A DNA stretch of 63,915 bases, filler included, from Reclinomonas americana ATCC 50394 (lineage: Eukaryota): assembly GCA_048213135.1 (NCBI GenBank). It is 45 parts of 45 records of this genome, joined end to end, with 100 filler letters (N's around TTAATTAATTAA, not from the genome) between each part and the next. Parts side by side here need not be neighbours in the genome. Positions count along the whole stretch, not along the records: positions 1 to 1,322 come from AFZH01025814.1; positions 1,423 to 2,753 come from AFZH01025815.1; positions 2,854 to 4,184 come from AFZH01025816.1; positions 4,285 to 5,614 come from AFZH01025817.1; positions 5,715 to 7,044 come from AFZH01025818.1; positions 7,145 to 8,474 come from AFZH01025819.1; positions 8,575 to 9,903 come from AFZH01025820.1; positions 10,004 to 11,331 come from AFZH01025821.1; 37 more parts are not named here. The stretch is one strand, 5' to 3'. Positions 1 to 11,431 of this stretch are shown piece after piece (positions within the stretch are counted from its first letter, which is position 1; each line of letters opens with the position of its first letter). Under the pieces are notes generated by a model that saw nothing but the letters and a program-made list of their open reading frames with translations, made no database searches and was not told where the DNA came from. The position numbers and the translations under genes were made by a program.

Positions 1-475
1 AGAGAGGAGAGAGAGAGAGGAAGGAGAGAGAGAGAGTAGGGAGGAGAGAGAGAGAGAGAGGAGAGTGACGGACAGGTGAGAGGAGAGTGAGAGCAGAGTG
101 AGAAGGAAGGAGAGAGAGAGAGTGAGAGAGAGAGAGAGTGAGTGAGAGAGAGAGAGTGAGAGAGAGAGTGAGAGTGAGAGAGAGAGAGAGTGAGAGTGAG
201 AGAGGGTGAGACAGAGTGAGTGAGACAGAGTAACAGAGTGAGAGTAATGAGAGAGAAAGCGAGGAAATTGTGAGAAAGAGAGTGAGAGTGAGTGATGTCT
301 GTGTGTGCTTCTGTGTGAGCAAACGCAACGCAGTCGAAAGGCCTTCTTGTTGCTCATGCTTTGTGATGATTGTGTGGCCGAAGAAAAAATCGACTGAGAA
401 ACTTAACTATCCGTTGGGCCAATGCTCGCTCAGTCCCGCGCTCTCCATCTGTCCACCGGATTGTCATCATCGCAA

Positions 476-1148
476 ATGTCACTGACGAGCGCGCAACTGA
501 AGGCTGTGCTTGCCGAGCTCATCTCGGCGGTGCCACTGGGTGCTCTTGCGGAGCTGTATCGCGCTGGTGAGCAAAGAGTGTGTGACAGCGAGAAAGAGAA
601 AGTGTGTGAGGAGTTTTGCGCCATTTTCTTCCGACGACCTTGTTGTGCGCGACACGACTTGCCTGCAAGTGTGTTGCATAAAAGTGCGCACGAGGTAGAG
701 ACGAAGAGACGGAGAGAGAGCGTTTTGCGGAAAGAGCTCATGGTCGAATTGAACATGTGCATGTCAGACAAGAGCACCTCCCACTCTTCGCCTGTTCACA
801 CTCACTCACATATTGCGCAGCGGGCAACGATGTCACGCAGACGTTGATGCAGCAAGAGGCGAGCGCACGTGTGGCCACTGCTGCAGTGGGCGAAGTTCCG
901 GCGGAGGCTGTCAAGGCGGCAGTGGCGGGTGCGCTGGCGCAGTACGGCGAGGATGAGGATGTCGCGGAGTGTGTGGGGTACATTACTGGTGCGCGTGAGC
1001 TCAGCAAGAGCAAGCAGAAGTCGGTCAAGAAGATGGCCGAGATCGCCGCCAAGAAGGCGACCAAGGCGCAAGCGAGTGCTGCGGCCGGTGGCTCGTCCTC
1101 GTCATCGACGACCACGCCGGGTGGACCAGTGGAGGAGGAGCTCGATGC
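476..1148 (+). CDS. 5' part of a spliced gene; possibly the N-terminal extension of an aminoacyl-tRNA synthetase (LysRS-like)
   Basis: MSLTSAQLK...LYRA, an intron (GTGAGC..GCAG), then AGNDVTQ...SKSKQKSVKKMAEIAAKKATK...EEELD. A basic helix followed by EEELD resembles eukaryotic LysRS N-termini, but no catalytic domain is visible. Confidence 0.3.
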
Positions 1149-1263
1149 GTCTGTTTCGTCTGGGGGGACTGCATGGGAGTGGGCGTGATGGAGAGGGGAG
1201 AGAGGGGGGGGGGAGGGAGAGAGAGGAGGGGAGAGAGGGAGGGAGGGAGGGAGAGAGTGCTGC

Positions 1264-1322
<59 letters not shown>

Positions 1323-1422
1323 NNNNNNNNNNNNNNNNNNNNNNNNNNNNNNNNNNNNNNNNNNNNTTAATTAATTAANNNNNNNNNNNNNNNNNNNNNN
1401 NNNNNNNNNNNNNNNNNNNNNN
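1323..1422. other. Artificial contig linker N44-TTAATTAATTAA-N44 (first of 44, recurring about every 1.42 kb)
   Basis: An identical spacer with stops in all six frames separates contigs of about 1331 down to 1313 bp. It explains the ORFs ending in XXX-LIN. Confidence 0.99.
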
Positions 1423-1492
1423 CCGATTGTGCGGATTGTGTCTGTTCGCTCACACCCACACACTCTCTCTCTCTCTTTCTTTGTGAATACAG

Positions 1493-2753
1493 TCGCTGGT
1501 GGAGACTTTGGCCACCGGTGTGGACTGGAACGAGTTTGTCGTGGGCCGCCCAGTATCAGGCCGTGTGTCGGCGGTGAAGGAGTATGGTGTGATTCTCTCG
1601 TTGGCAAACGATGTCACCGGTTTTGTCATCAAGGAGCACCTTGAGGTACGAGTGTGTGACGCGGAGAGGCAACACCCTTTCCTCGCGGCTCATATGAGCA
1701 ATCGGCAGGGCACGGCATTGAGTATCGGCGACGATGTCACCGGCTGCGTGGTGGACGTGAACCCGGCGACTGGCATTGTCGATATGTCGCTTCTGTCTCG
1801 GCTTGTGGAGGGCGCAGGTGTGTTTTCGTGTGTTGTCTTTTCCCTCGATCGTGTGCCAGTACTGAGGCGCGTAGGGTGCGCAGAAAATGCCGGCGGAGTC
1901 CGCCAGAAGAAGACCGCGAAGAAGAAGAAGTCAACGGCTGATGCACAGCAAGTCGCCGTCGGCGATTCGGTCGCCTGTCAGGTGGAGTTGGTCAAGGACA
2001 CGTACTTGGTGCTGTCGCTGCCGCAGCGTGGCCATGCGATTGCATTTGCGACGCCCTTCGACTTCAACGTGCCCACCTCCACCATCAGTCTTCGTTCGCG
2101 ATACCACGTCTCCCAGTCACTGACGGCGGTCGTGAGTGGCATTTGCGGTGGCGACGACGAGGACGGCGCTTCATCTTCCTCTGCGCTGCCTGTCCGCCGC
2201 CGTGTGCTGCTGACACTGGTGCGTGATGCGGCCTTGCGCGCTCGCGTTTGTTGTTATCTTGTCTTGTTTCTCACTCGCCATGACGTGTGTAGCCGCGGAC
2301 ACCCGAAATGGATGCCGCCAATGCCGCGCATGCAATGCAGCGATCACGGCGACCGGCAGTTGGCTCGCTTGTGGACGGCACTGTGGTGAATATTGTCGAC
2401 ACGATGATGGTGGTGCAAATCACTGAGACGTTCTTTGGACGCGTGCACATTACGCAAGTGGTGGATGAGGTGAGCGAAGAAGGGAAGAAGGAGAGGTCAT
2501 GAAGAGCATAGGGTGACTTACGGTGCGCTTGTTGTTGTGCACGCAGCCGTGCGCCGAGAACCCGCTGTCCTCGTTTGAAGTTGGCCAGCAAGTGCACTGT
2601 CGCGTGATTGAGTGGCTGCGACGTGAGTGTTGTGCTTTTGCGCTGCTGCTGCTGAAAAGACTGTCCGTGACGCATTCTGTTGTTGGGTTTTGCAGGACCG
2701 CGGCAAAATGAGGGCAAGTCGGCTGCTGCCGACGAGCACGTGGAGGGCGAGGA
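1493..2753 (+). CDS. RRP5: rRNA biogenesis protein RRP5/PDCD11, internal S1 repeats (partial, 5 introns)
   Basis: Tandem S1 domains: VGRPVSGRVSAVKEYGVILSL..GFV, IGDDVTGCVVDVN..IVDMSL, VGDSVACQVELVKDTYLVLSLP, VGSLVDGTVVNI..FGRVHITQV, ENPLSSFEVGQQVHCRVI. Confidence 0.85.
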
Positions 2754-2853
2754 NNNNNNNNNNNNNNNNNNNNNNNNNNNNNNNNNNNNNNNNNNNNTTA
2801 ATTAATTAANNNNNNNNNNNNNNNNNNNNNNNNNNNNNNNNNNNNNNNNNNNN

Positions 2854-4184
2854 GCTTTGGCTTGACGTCGTAGTGACCAGGTCCAGGTCTGTCATCCTCC
2901 TGCTCGGGCAACCTCTGTCCGAACGAGAACTTGGGTCCATCAGGCTTCACCTTCGGGTCGTAATCGCCAGGACCGGCAGTGGTCTCCACGCGGTCCTCTG
3001 CAAACGAGACACCAACGAGTGAGCGAAATGCATCACACGAGACACAACACAGACACAAACAAACCTGGCCGGCCGTACAGCGAGAACGCTGGTCCCTCAC
3101 GCTTCGGCTTGACATCGTAGTGACCAGGTCCAGGTCTGTCATCCTCCGGCTCCGGCAACCGCTGTCCGAACGAGAACTTGGGTCCGTCGGGCTTGGTGAC
3201 CGGGCTGTAATCGCCAGGACCGGCGGTCGTCTCCACATGGTCCTCTACAAAGACGACAGAGAGTGAGCGAAATGAGTCACACGAGACACAGTGACACACA
3301 AAAACAAACCTGGTCTGCCATACAGCGAGAACGCTGGTCCCTCACGCTTCGGATTGACATCGTAGTGACCAGGTCCGGGTCTGTCATCCTCCGGCTCCGG
3401 CAACCTCTGTCCAAACGAGAACTTGGGTCCGTCGGGCTTGACATTCGGGTTGTAGTCGCCAGGACCGGCGGTTGTCTCCACATGGTCCTCTACAAAGACG
3501 ACAGAGGGTGAGTGCAACGAAAGCACAGGCACAGTAACACACAAACAAACCTGGTCGGCCATACAACGAGAACGCTGGTCTCTCGCGCTTCGGATTGACA
3601 TCGTAGTGACCAGGCCCAGGTCTGTCATCCTCCGGCTCCGGCAACCGCTGTCCGAACGAGAACTTGGGTCCGTCGGGCTTCACCTTAGGGTCGTAATCGC
3701 CAGGACCGGCGGTGGTTTCCACGTGGTCCTCTGCAAAAGACGACAGAGAGTGAGCAAGATGCATCTCACGAGACACAGTGACACACAAACAAACAAACCT
3801 GGTCGGCCATACAGCGAGAACGCTGGTCCCTCACGCTTCGGCTTGACATCGTAGTGACCAGGTCCAGGTCTGTCATCCTCCGGCTCCGGCAACCGCTGTC
3901 CCATGGAGAACTTGGGTCCGTCGAGCTTGGTGACCGGGCTGTAATCGCCAGGACCGGCGGTCGTCTCCACATGGTCCTCTGCAAAAGACGACCGAGAGTG
4001 AGTGCAACGAAAGCACAGACACAGCAACAAACAAAAACAAACCTGGTCGGCCATACAGCGAGAATGCTGGTCCTTCGCGCTTCGGCTTGACATCGTAGTG
4101 ACCAGGTCCAGGTCTGTCATCCTCCGGCTCCGGCAACCGCTGTCCCATGGAGAACTTGGGTCCATCGGGCTTGGTGACCGGGCT
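2854..4184 (-). CDS. SHIPPO/ODF3-STPG-type PGPGxY repeat axonemal protein (partial), one 180-nt exon per repeat
   Basis: A repeated 60-aa unit EDHVETTAGPGDYxPxxKPDGPKFSFGQRLPEPEDDRPGPGHYDVKPKREGPAFSLYGRP, separated by phase-1 GTTTGT..AG introns. Confidence 0.85.
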
Positions 4185-4725
4185 NNNNNNNNNNNNNNNN
4201 NNNNNNNNNNNNNNNNNNNNNNNNNNNNTTAATTAATTAANNNNNNNNNNNNNNNNNNNNNNNNNNNNNNNNNNNNNNNNNNNNTAGAGAAAGGAAAGAG
4301 TGGCGGCGCAGCAACAGCAAGAACAAAAGTCTGCGTAAGGACAAGAAATCGAGTGCAGCGTATGCTTGCATAAAGAAGAGAAGGAAGAGGAGGAAGAGGC
4401 TGGTAAGGGGAAAGGGAGAGAAGTGGCACCCCAATAACTGCACGAGCCACCTGGGCACGAGGAGACTGGATGTGATGGTACAAGAATGCAAGTGACGCTC
4501 AAAAGCTGAAACATTGGGGGAGGGGGGGGGGGGGCTGATAAGGGGAAAGGGAGAGAAGAGTCACCCAGCAACTGCACGAGGCACATGGGCACGAGGAGAC
4601 GAGGATGTGAAATGGTACAAGAATGCAAGAGACGCTCAAAAGCTGAAACATTGTGCGATCGGTACAAATAAGAAGCCAGGCGCACGCTTCGCGTTTCCCT
4701 TCCCCTCTCTCCCCCGCAACGCAAC

Positions 4726-5213
4726 GTAGTGGGACCTCCAAACTCGTGGCACCATCGGTGGTCAGATAATACAAGTGGCTGTCCCCGTAGTAGCTCTCGT
4801 TGGTGCGGTCGACCTCGTTGTGCGCCCACACGAGAGCGGCGTTGCCGATCGAATTGAAAATCACATCGACCTTGTCCGCCATGACACTCTTGTGTGCCGT
4901 GGCGTCGCGCACGTCAAAGTTCGGGAAGCGGTAGAAGCGCACGTGCGTCGGCGATCCCTTTCGTGTCGGCACCACTGTCGCCAGTCGGATCGAGTCGTCC
5001 GAACCGTGGCACAGGAAGGCGCCATCCAAACCCGTCGTCCTGTGAGGAATGCGAAGAAATTGAGCGTGTGATGTTGTTGGCATCAAAGAGACAAGGAGAC
5101 GCAACGTCAGTCGCGTGACTTCCTGCGACATGTCGGGAGCCTCGTAAAACACAGCGTCGGTGCGTGTCTGTCGCATGCAATACCGCTCGTCGTTTGTCCA
5201 CTGGAACACGGGC
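4726..5213 (-). CDS. EIF2A: Eukaryotic translation initiation factor 2A (partial, 2 exons)
   Basis: QWTNDERYC; VPTRKGSPTHVRFYRFPNF; KSVMADKVDVIFNSIGNAALVWAHNEVDRTNESYYGDSHLYYL. Confidence 0.92.
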
Positions 5214-5714
5214 CTGCGACGGAGAGGAGAAGGGTGAGCAGGAGGGGGAAAGAGAGGTGAAAGGGAATAGAGGGAGCAGGGGGAGAGGGAGAGAGAAAGG
5301 AAAGAGAGGGAGAAAGAGAGAGAAAGGGAAGTGATGGAGACAGAGAGAAGGGTTAGGAGACGACTTGTTCGACAGCTGAGAGAGAAAAGAAAACTGAGAC
5401 AAGTGGAGGGCGAGCGATGGAGAGAGCGATGACGGGGAGGGAGACGAATCGTCGACACCTGTTCGTGAAGAGAAACAGAATGTGATAAAGAGGAGACAAG
5501 AGGAGGGAGAGCGATGGAGAGACATGGCGACGGAGAGGAGAAGGGTGAGCAGGAGGGGGAAAGAGAGGCGAGATGGACCGTTCGACAAGCTGTGTGAAAG
5601 GGAGGGAGGGAGGGNNNNNNNNNNNNNNNNNNNNNNNNNNNNNNNNNNNNNNNNNNNNTTAATTAATTAANNNNNNNNNNNNNNNNNNNNNNNNNNNNNN
5701 NNNNNNNNNNNNNN

Positions 5715-7044
5715 GCGCAGCTTGATGAGCTGTTGGTGCATTACACTCGGGTGTATGGCGCTGACCACCAGGTGACTGTCCAAGTGGCGGCCACACGCCT
5801 TACGGTTCTGATTTCGGCGGGTCGCATGGAGGAGGCTCGCGAAGGGCTACGTGCGGCGACACAGAACGTGAAACGCTTGTCGTGTGGGCCTGGTGAGGAG
5901 CAGGTGCAAACTTTGTATGGCATGGCTCTAGCATTGCGTGCCTCAGGGCAGTTCGAGGAAGCCGTTGACGCTTATCGTGAGGTGATGCGGAGAGCTGCGG
6001 TCCTGACTGAGGACTTTAGGATTGTTGTTTGTTATGAGCTTGCATCAGCTCTACTGAGCGTCGGCAGTCCAGCGCACTTGGCAGAGGCCGTGCCTCTCTT
6101 CGAGCGCACCATCGAACGGGCGCGTGAGCTCAATGATCTCGGGATGTTGATAACTGCAGCAAACGAGTTGAGTGTCGCACTGTGCGGGCTTGGCCGGTTT
6201 GACGAGGCAATTGTTCTGTTGCGCGACACGTTACGGCGTCAGAAACGGGTGTCGTCGGAAGACACTGTTGAGACAATTCGTTTGATGCAAAGGCTCGCCA
6301 TGACGCTGCATGGGAGCGGCTACTGCGCCGATGCAGTTGAGGTTGGACGCAAGGTGGTGAGAGCGTATCGCGCTCTGTATGGTGACAACTACAATGGCAC
6401 GGTCGAGAGCATCGTGTACCTTTGCAAAAGCCTGTGCAGTGTCGGTGGCGACAGGAATGTAACGGAGGCCGTTGCTCTGCTCGAGGGTGCACTAGAGCAA
6501 CGGAGACAGCTGGGCGAGGCGAATGGTAGCTTTCCGACGGTTTTCTTGCAAATAGGTCTTGGGAACGCCCTTCGACTGTCTGGCCGACCTCAGGAAGCCG
6601 TTGTATTGTTGAGCGAGACACTGGAGCTGCTGAATCGATCGCCTGCTTCGCATGGCAGTGCCGTGGTAGAGGCTAAGTACGAACTCGCTCTCGATTACGC
6701 GTCGTGTGGGAACTACGAGGAGGCGGTTCGACTTGGTCGAGAACTTCTCCCTCTTCAGCGACAGCTATGCGGTGACGATCATACAGCCACTCTGCGCCGC
6801 ATACAAACCAATGCGTTCCATCTCGCCCAACTCGGCGGGATTGAGAACCTGGAGGAAGCCGTGCGCGTGATGGAGGAGACCGTGAACAGGCGTGAGCGCG
6901 TGTTCGGACCGGATTTTATCACGAAGGACGCCGATCGGAAGGAGCTGGAAGATGTTCGTGCAGCTCTTGAGGAAGCCCGGCGCAAGGAAGGGGCGCTGCA
7001 GGATGAAGAGACGGAGGCGACGACGAAGAAGAAGAAGAAGAACA
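5715..7044 (+). CDS. Intronless TPR-repeat protein (kinesin-light-chain/TPR_10-12 type), partial
   Basis: About 42-aa helical repeats (NELSVALCGLGRFDEAIVLLRDTL; GLGNALRLSGRPQEAVVLLSETL; LCGDDHTATL; ERVFGPD). Confidence 0.85.
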
Positions 7045-7499
7045 NNNNNNNNNNNNNNNNNNNNNNNNNNNNNNNNNNNNNNNNNNNNTTAATTAATTAA
7101 NNNNNNNNNNNNNNNNNNNNNNNNNNNNNNNNNNNNNNNNNNNNCTCGTACCAGTCGTGCACTGTCCCGGGGCTATGATGCCACGCAGGTGATTAGAGCC
7201 TGGGATTGCAAAGTCGTAAGGCGACTGCATGTTCTATCTCTCTCTCTCTCAAAACAATGCAGAGACGGAGTTATAATTAGTGACGAGTGATTTCGCGGTC
7301 CTCGAGGACTTCGTTCGTGGTCTTGACGTCGAAGGTGCTGCGCCTTCTCAGTGCATGGTGGGCAAGTGCGCATGGCTACTGTTCTCCATCGACACCTTTG
7401 CTTCATTTTTACTCACGCTGCCATCGCTTCAGCTGCGCATCCGATCGCGATACAACTTCCTTCTCTGCATCCCTGTTCAGCGCTTCACTCCTTCGCACC

Positions 7500-8474
7500 T
7501 CAGTTCTTGCCATCGTAGGTGTCACGGTGATGAAGCAGTGCCGCTCGAGCGCCATCATGGTCGTCTCCTGCCGCCGGCCACGGTGTCGGCATCGTGACAA
7601 TTTGCGACTGCGATACCGGTGGAGCTGCAGCGCCAGCAGCATGCGCAGCGCCAGCAGGAGTTGGAGCGTAGTAGTTGGTCGGCAACGACGGATAGCCGTA
7701 GTGTGTGGGGTCGGCAGCGGCCATGGCCGTGTTGCTGTGGTACGCGGCGGCAGCGGTAGTTGGGCCCACCGGCTGCGACTGGTAGCTGTACTCCCCGTCA
7801 GCATCGGCACCGCCACCGTACGGCGTGTGCGGTGGATAGGCTGGTACCGGTGGCGCCTGGCCGTGCGCACGAGGTGGTGGCACGGGAAACGCACCACGGC
7901 CAGGTGGTGGCACCGGAAACGAATTCGAAGCAGGAGGCGGTGGAGGTCCACCAGGGAATTCGAACTGCGATTGCGGTTGCGTTGGTGGACGTCCAGGTGG
8001 GATCTGACCGCCTTGGCCATGACCGGGCATGGGCCGACTGGAAGGCCTCTGAGAAGCCGACGGCGGTGGCCCCTGCTGCTGACCGTGGCCGGGCACGGGT
8101 CGCCCGGAAGGCCTCTGCGGAGCCGGCGCCGATGGTGGTGGCCCCTGCTGCTGGTCATGGTCGGGCATAGGCCGGCCGGAAGGCCTCTGCGGAGCCGATG
8201 GTGGAGGCCCCTGCCGCTGCCCATGGCCAGCTGGCTGTGCAGTGGCGTTGCCGATTTCCACTTCAATGTAGCCGGTGCGAGCAACTTGCCTCTCATTGTG
8301 AGGACCAACGTCGCGTTGAAGCGTCTGCAGAACCAGACGCATGCTGTAGCACAAGAGGATGAGTGCACTCTCCTTGTCGTTCCACTCATTCATGTGCCGA
8401 GCTCGAGACGCAACTTGCGATAACGCAGTTCGGCATTCTTGTACGCCAGGTACTGCTCAATATCGGCTCGGCAC
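7500..8474 (-). CDS. Pro/Gly/Gln-rich protein, 3' part, with GHGQQQGPPPSAPQRPSGRPMP repeats
   Basis: The frame ADIEQYLAYKNAELRYR joins MRLVLQTL via a phase-2 intron (donor 8414). About four imperfect 22-24 aa repeats lie at ~8020-8230. Confidence 0.65.
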
Positions 8475-8608
8475 NNNNNNNNNNNNNNNNNNNNNNNNNN
8501 NNNNNNNNNNNNNNNNNNTTAATTAATTAANNNNNNNNNNNNNNNNNNNNNNNNNNNNNNNNNNNNNNNNNNNNGGCAGGGACACTTTGACTTTACTCAC
8601 TTCGCGAA

Positions 8609-9694
8609 TCAGATGGTGCACCGATGCACCGTGACCGCCGCTTCCTCAACGATGAAGCAACGCAACACCATCTCTGGCAGGCACCGTGAATCTACTTGCT
8701 CCTCGTTTTCTCGCTGCATCTCTTGCACGGCCGACATTGCCGAACGTGCTGCATGAAGTTCGAGACAACCAAGGCCGCATGAGGTGGACCACACTCGCAC
8801 TGTGTGATCATCGCTCCCACTCACAAAGTGCTGCCCGTTGGGGGAGACGGCGACTGAGTTCACGCTTCCTGAGTGCTCCTCCAACCGTTGCACTTTGTCA
8901 CTGCCTGCAAGAGACCGCAGGCGCAGTGCATTGTCAAACACGCCGCCCACGCTTACAACATGTAAACCGCTGGGAGTGATGGCGACGGAATACACTGAGA
9001 CACCGTCTTCGTCAAACCGTCGCAGCTCCTCGCCAGTCGACAGCGACCACACTCGCACAGTCCCGTCGTTACTGCCACTGACCACACGTTGACCGTCGGA
9101 AATGACGGCGACAGACCACACCTCGTCATGATGCCCCGCCATCAGTCGCACTTGTTGCCCGCTTGCCAGTACCCACACTCGCACTGTCTTATCCTTACCT
9201 CCGCTCACAATGTGCTTCCCATCTCGAGTCACAGTGAGAGAAATCACTCCACCACTGTGTCTCTTCATCCGTCGCACCTCACTTCCACTCGCCAGCGACC
9301 ACACGCGCACTGTCTTGTCCTCACTGCCGCTCACAACAAGCTGGCCATCAGGAGTGACGGCGACTGCGTGCACCCAATCGACATGTCCCTCCAGCCTTTG
9401 CATCTCCTCGCCACTCGCCAGTGACCACACTCGCACAGTCATGTCGCCACATCCAAGCACAATGCGCTGACTGTCGGGGGTGACGGCGATAGAGAGCACG
9501 CCACAAGTGTGTTCCTCGAGCTCCAGTCGTCGAACTTGTTTGCCACTGGCCAGCGACCACACTCGCACATCGTTGTCTTGACCGCCACTTACCACATGCT
9601 GGCCATTGGGAGTGACAGACACAGACATTACGTGACTTGTGTGTCCGACGAGGCACTTGGAGTGGAGGTAGATGGGAGACGAGGCAAGAGACAT
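8609..9694 (-). CDS. Intronless WD40 beta-propeller with conserved C-terminal family module (complete)
   Basis: Seven GHxxxVxSVAVTPDGQxVVSGSxDxTVRVWSL repeats, then GLGCLELHAARSAMSAVQEM..RCLPEMVLRCFIVEEA. Confidence 0.92.
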   Translation of the reverse strand: MSLASSPIYLHSKCLVGHTSHVMSVSVTPNGQHVVSGGQDNDVRVWSLASGKQVRRLELEEHTCGVLSIAVTPDSQRIVLGCGDMTVRVWSLASGEEMQRLEGHVDWVHAVAVTPDGQLVVSGSEDKTVRVWSLASGSEVRRMKRHSGGVISLTVTRDGKHIVSGGKDKTVRVWVLASGQQVRLMAGHHDEVWSVAVISDGQRVVSGSNDGTVRVWSLSTGEELRRFDEDGVSVYSVAITPSGLHVVSVGGVFDNALRLRSLAGSDKVQRLEEHSGSVNSVAVSPNGQHFVSGSDDHTVRVWSTSCGLGCLELHAARSAMSAVQEMQRENEEQVDSRCLPEMVLRCFIVEEAAVTVHRCTI

Positions 9695-10014
9695 CGATCA
9701 AGGGAGAATGCGTGCGGGCGTTGTCACAAGAGGACAAGTCTCTCTCTTCACGACGTACAAGACGGTCGCCTATGGCCTCCTCGACGAGATGTTTTTCATT
9801 TACAGCGCGACATCATGCTCACTATACAATACAACCTCCGCCTCCTCCACAATGAAACATCGCAACACGGTCTCCGGGAGGCACCGAAAATCAATATCTA
9901 CCANNNNNNNNNNNNNNNNNNNNNNNNNNNNNNNNNNNNNNNNNNNNTTAATTAATTAANNNNNNNNNNNNNNNNNNNNNNNNNNNNNNNNNNNNNNNNN
10001 NNNCCCGACCGTCC

Positions 10015-10051
<37 letters not shown>

Positions 10052-10141
10052 CACACACACACACACCAAGGCTCGGCTGCAGAGAAGCTCTCCTTCCCTC
10101 ACCCCACTCTCCTTCTCTCCTCCCCCACACACACACTCAAC

Positions 10142-10629
10142 TCTCCGTAATCGTGATCGCCGCATCCTGCTGGCCACCACTGCCCGCAAAGTTCGCCCGC
10201 ACCGAGCACGTCAGGGTCCCAGAGGCCGCCGCCGTGTTATCAATGAGCACTGTTGCTGTTCCGTCGCCATTGTCGGTCAACTTGAGTGAGTTGTTCGGCG
10301 ACACGTTCCTGATGGTGATGCTTTGCGGAAGAGGATGGTCGACATCGTCGTTGGTGAAGGTCACCGTGCACATCACGTCGCCGGAGGTCAGCATACTCGC
10401 TGTTATGTGAGAGAGAGAGAGAGAGAGACAGAGAGAGTAAGACACGCGTGTGTGTGAGTGAGTGAGAGAGAGAGAGAGCAACACAACGTGGATTGTGTGT
10501 GGGTGACGCAGGTGCGACAGAGTTTGTGACTGTGGCCTCGGCTGCCATGACGACTGTGATGAGGAGCATGACCGTGCTGGTCAACAACTGCTTTCCGTGT
10601 CGTCTTCTCATTGCGCGCCACTCCATCAT
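10142..10629 (-). CDS. Secreted protein with putative Ig/cadherin-like domain, 5' part
   Basis: Signal-like LLTSTVMLLITVVMAA, then exon 2 with LKLTDNGDGTATVLI..GTLTCSVRA, a motif typical of bacterial putative-Ig (He_PIG-like) domains. Confidence 0.55.
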
Positions 10630-10799
10630 GGTGAGCGAGAGAGAGAAGTGCGCGGACTTTTTGTTGTGTGATTGAGTGCGGATATTGTTCCTCCCGCGCG
10701 AGCGGACACTTCGGAAATAACGGAGCTGCGGTACGGGTTTCCCGCGGAGAGAAACTATTGTGGCGAACGCCGAGACGACTGCACATTCAACCGTGTTAT

Positions 10800-11331
10800 T
10801 TATGATGGGTTGTGACGGCCTTCGCCTTTGTCGTCTTCGTCGTCGTGGGGGAGGAGAGTGGCGGGTAAGTCGCCGAGGGAGGAGTGTAGTGGTTTTATGC
10901 GCGCCTGGAGGCGGCGCATGAGAAGGCGACCGTGTTCACCGGCGATGCTGACGCACTGGCGGGCGACAACCGAGACGGTGGGCGCGGAGGCCACGGCGAT
11001 CTCGGCTGCCTTTACCAGCTCCATTTCGGCGGTCAGCTCCTCGAGGTGGTGCTCGAGAGCGAGGATGTGGCGGTTTTGTTTCACTAGGCGGCGGATCTGC
11101 TGGCACACAATGTCGCCCGTGAGCTCGCCATCGACAACTGCGCGGGATCCGGAGAGATGAGCTTATACATCGAGGTCGCAGTCGCACTCTCCGCAACACT
11201 TACATTGACGCTTGATGTCGTCCACCAGCGACAGAAGCTGCGGTCCGAGATATTCACTCTCGCTCTCCGGAAGCACCTGCACGCGCCCCCCCCCCACACA
11301 CAAAGGTTACAACGATGGAGGACGACAACGT
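10800..11331 (-). CDS. 3' end of an unknown coiled-coil protein
   Basis: Spliced exons VLPESESEYLGPQLLSLVDDIKRQ and ...CQQIRRLVKQNRHILALEHHLEELTAEMEL...PS*. Confidence 0.5.
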
Positions 11332-11431
11332 NNNNNNNNNNNNNNNNNNNNNNNNNNNNNNNNNNNNNNNNNNNNTTAATTAATTAANNNNNNNNNNNNN
11401 NNNNNNNNNNNNNNNNNNNNNNNNNNNNNNN

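Noticed and set aside
4400..4655. About 135-bp imperfect duplication in the eIF2A intron
   Set aside because: An ordinary local tandem duplication with no terminal repeats or coding signal.
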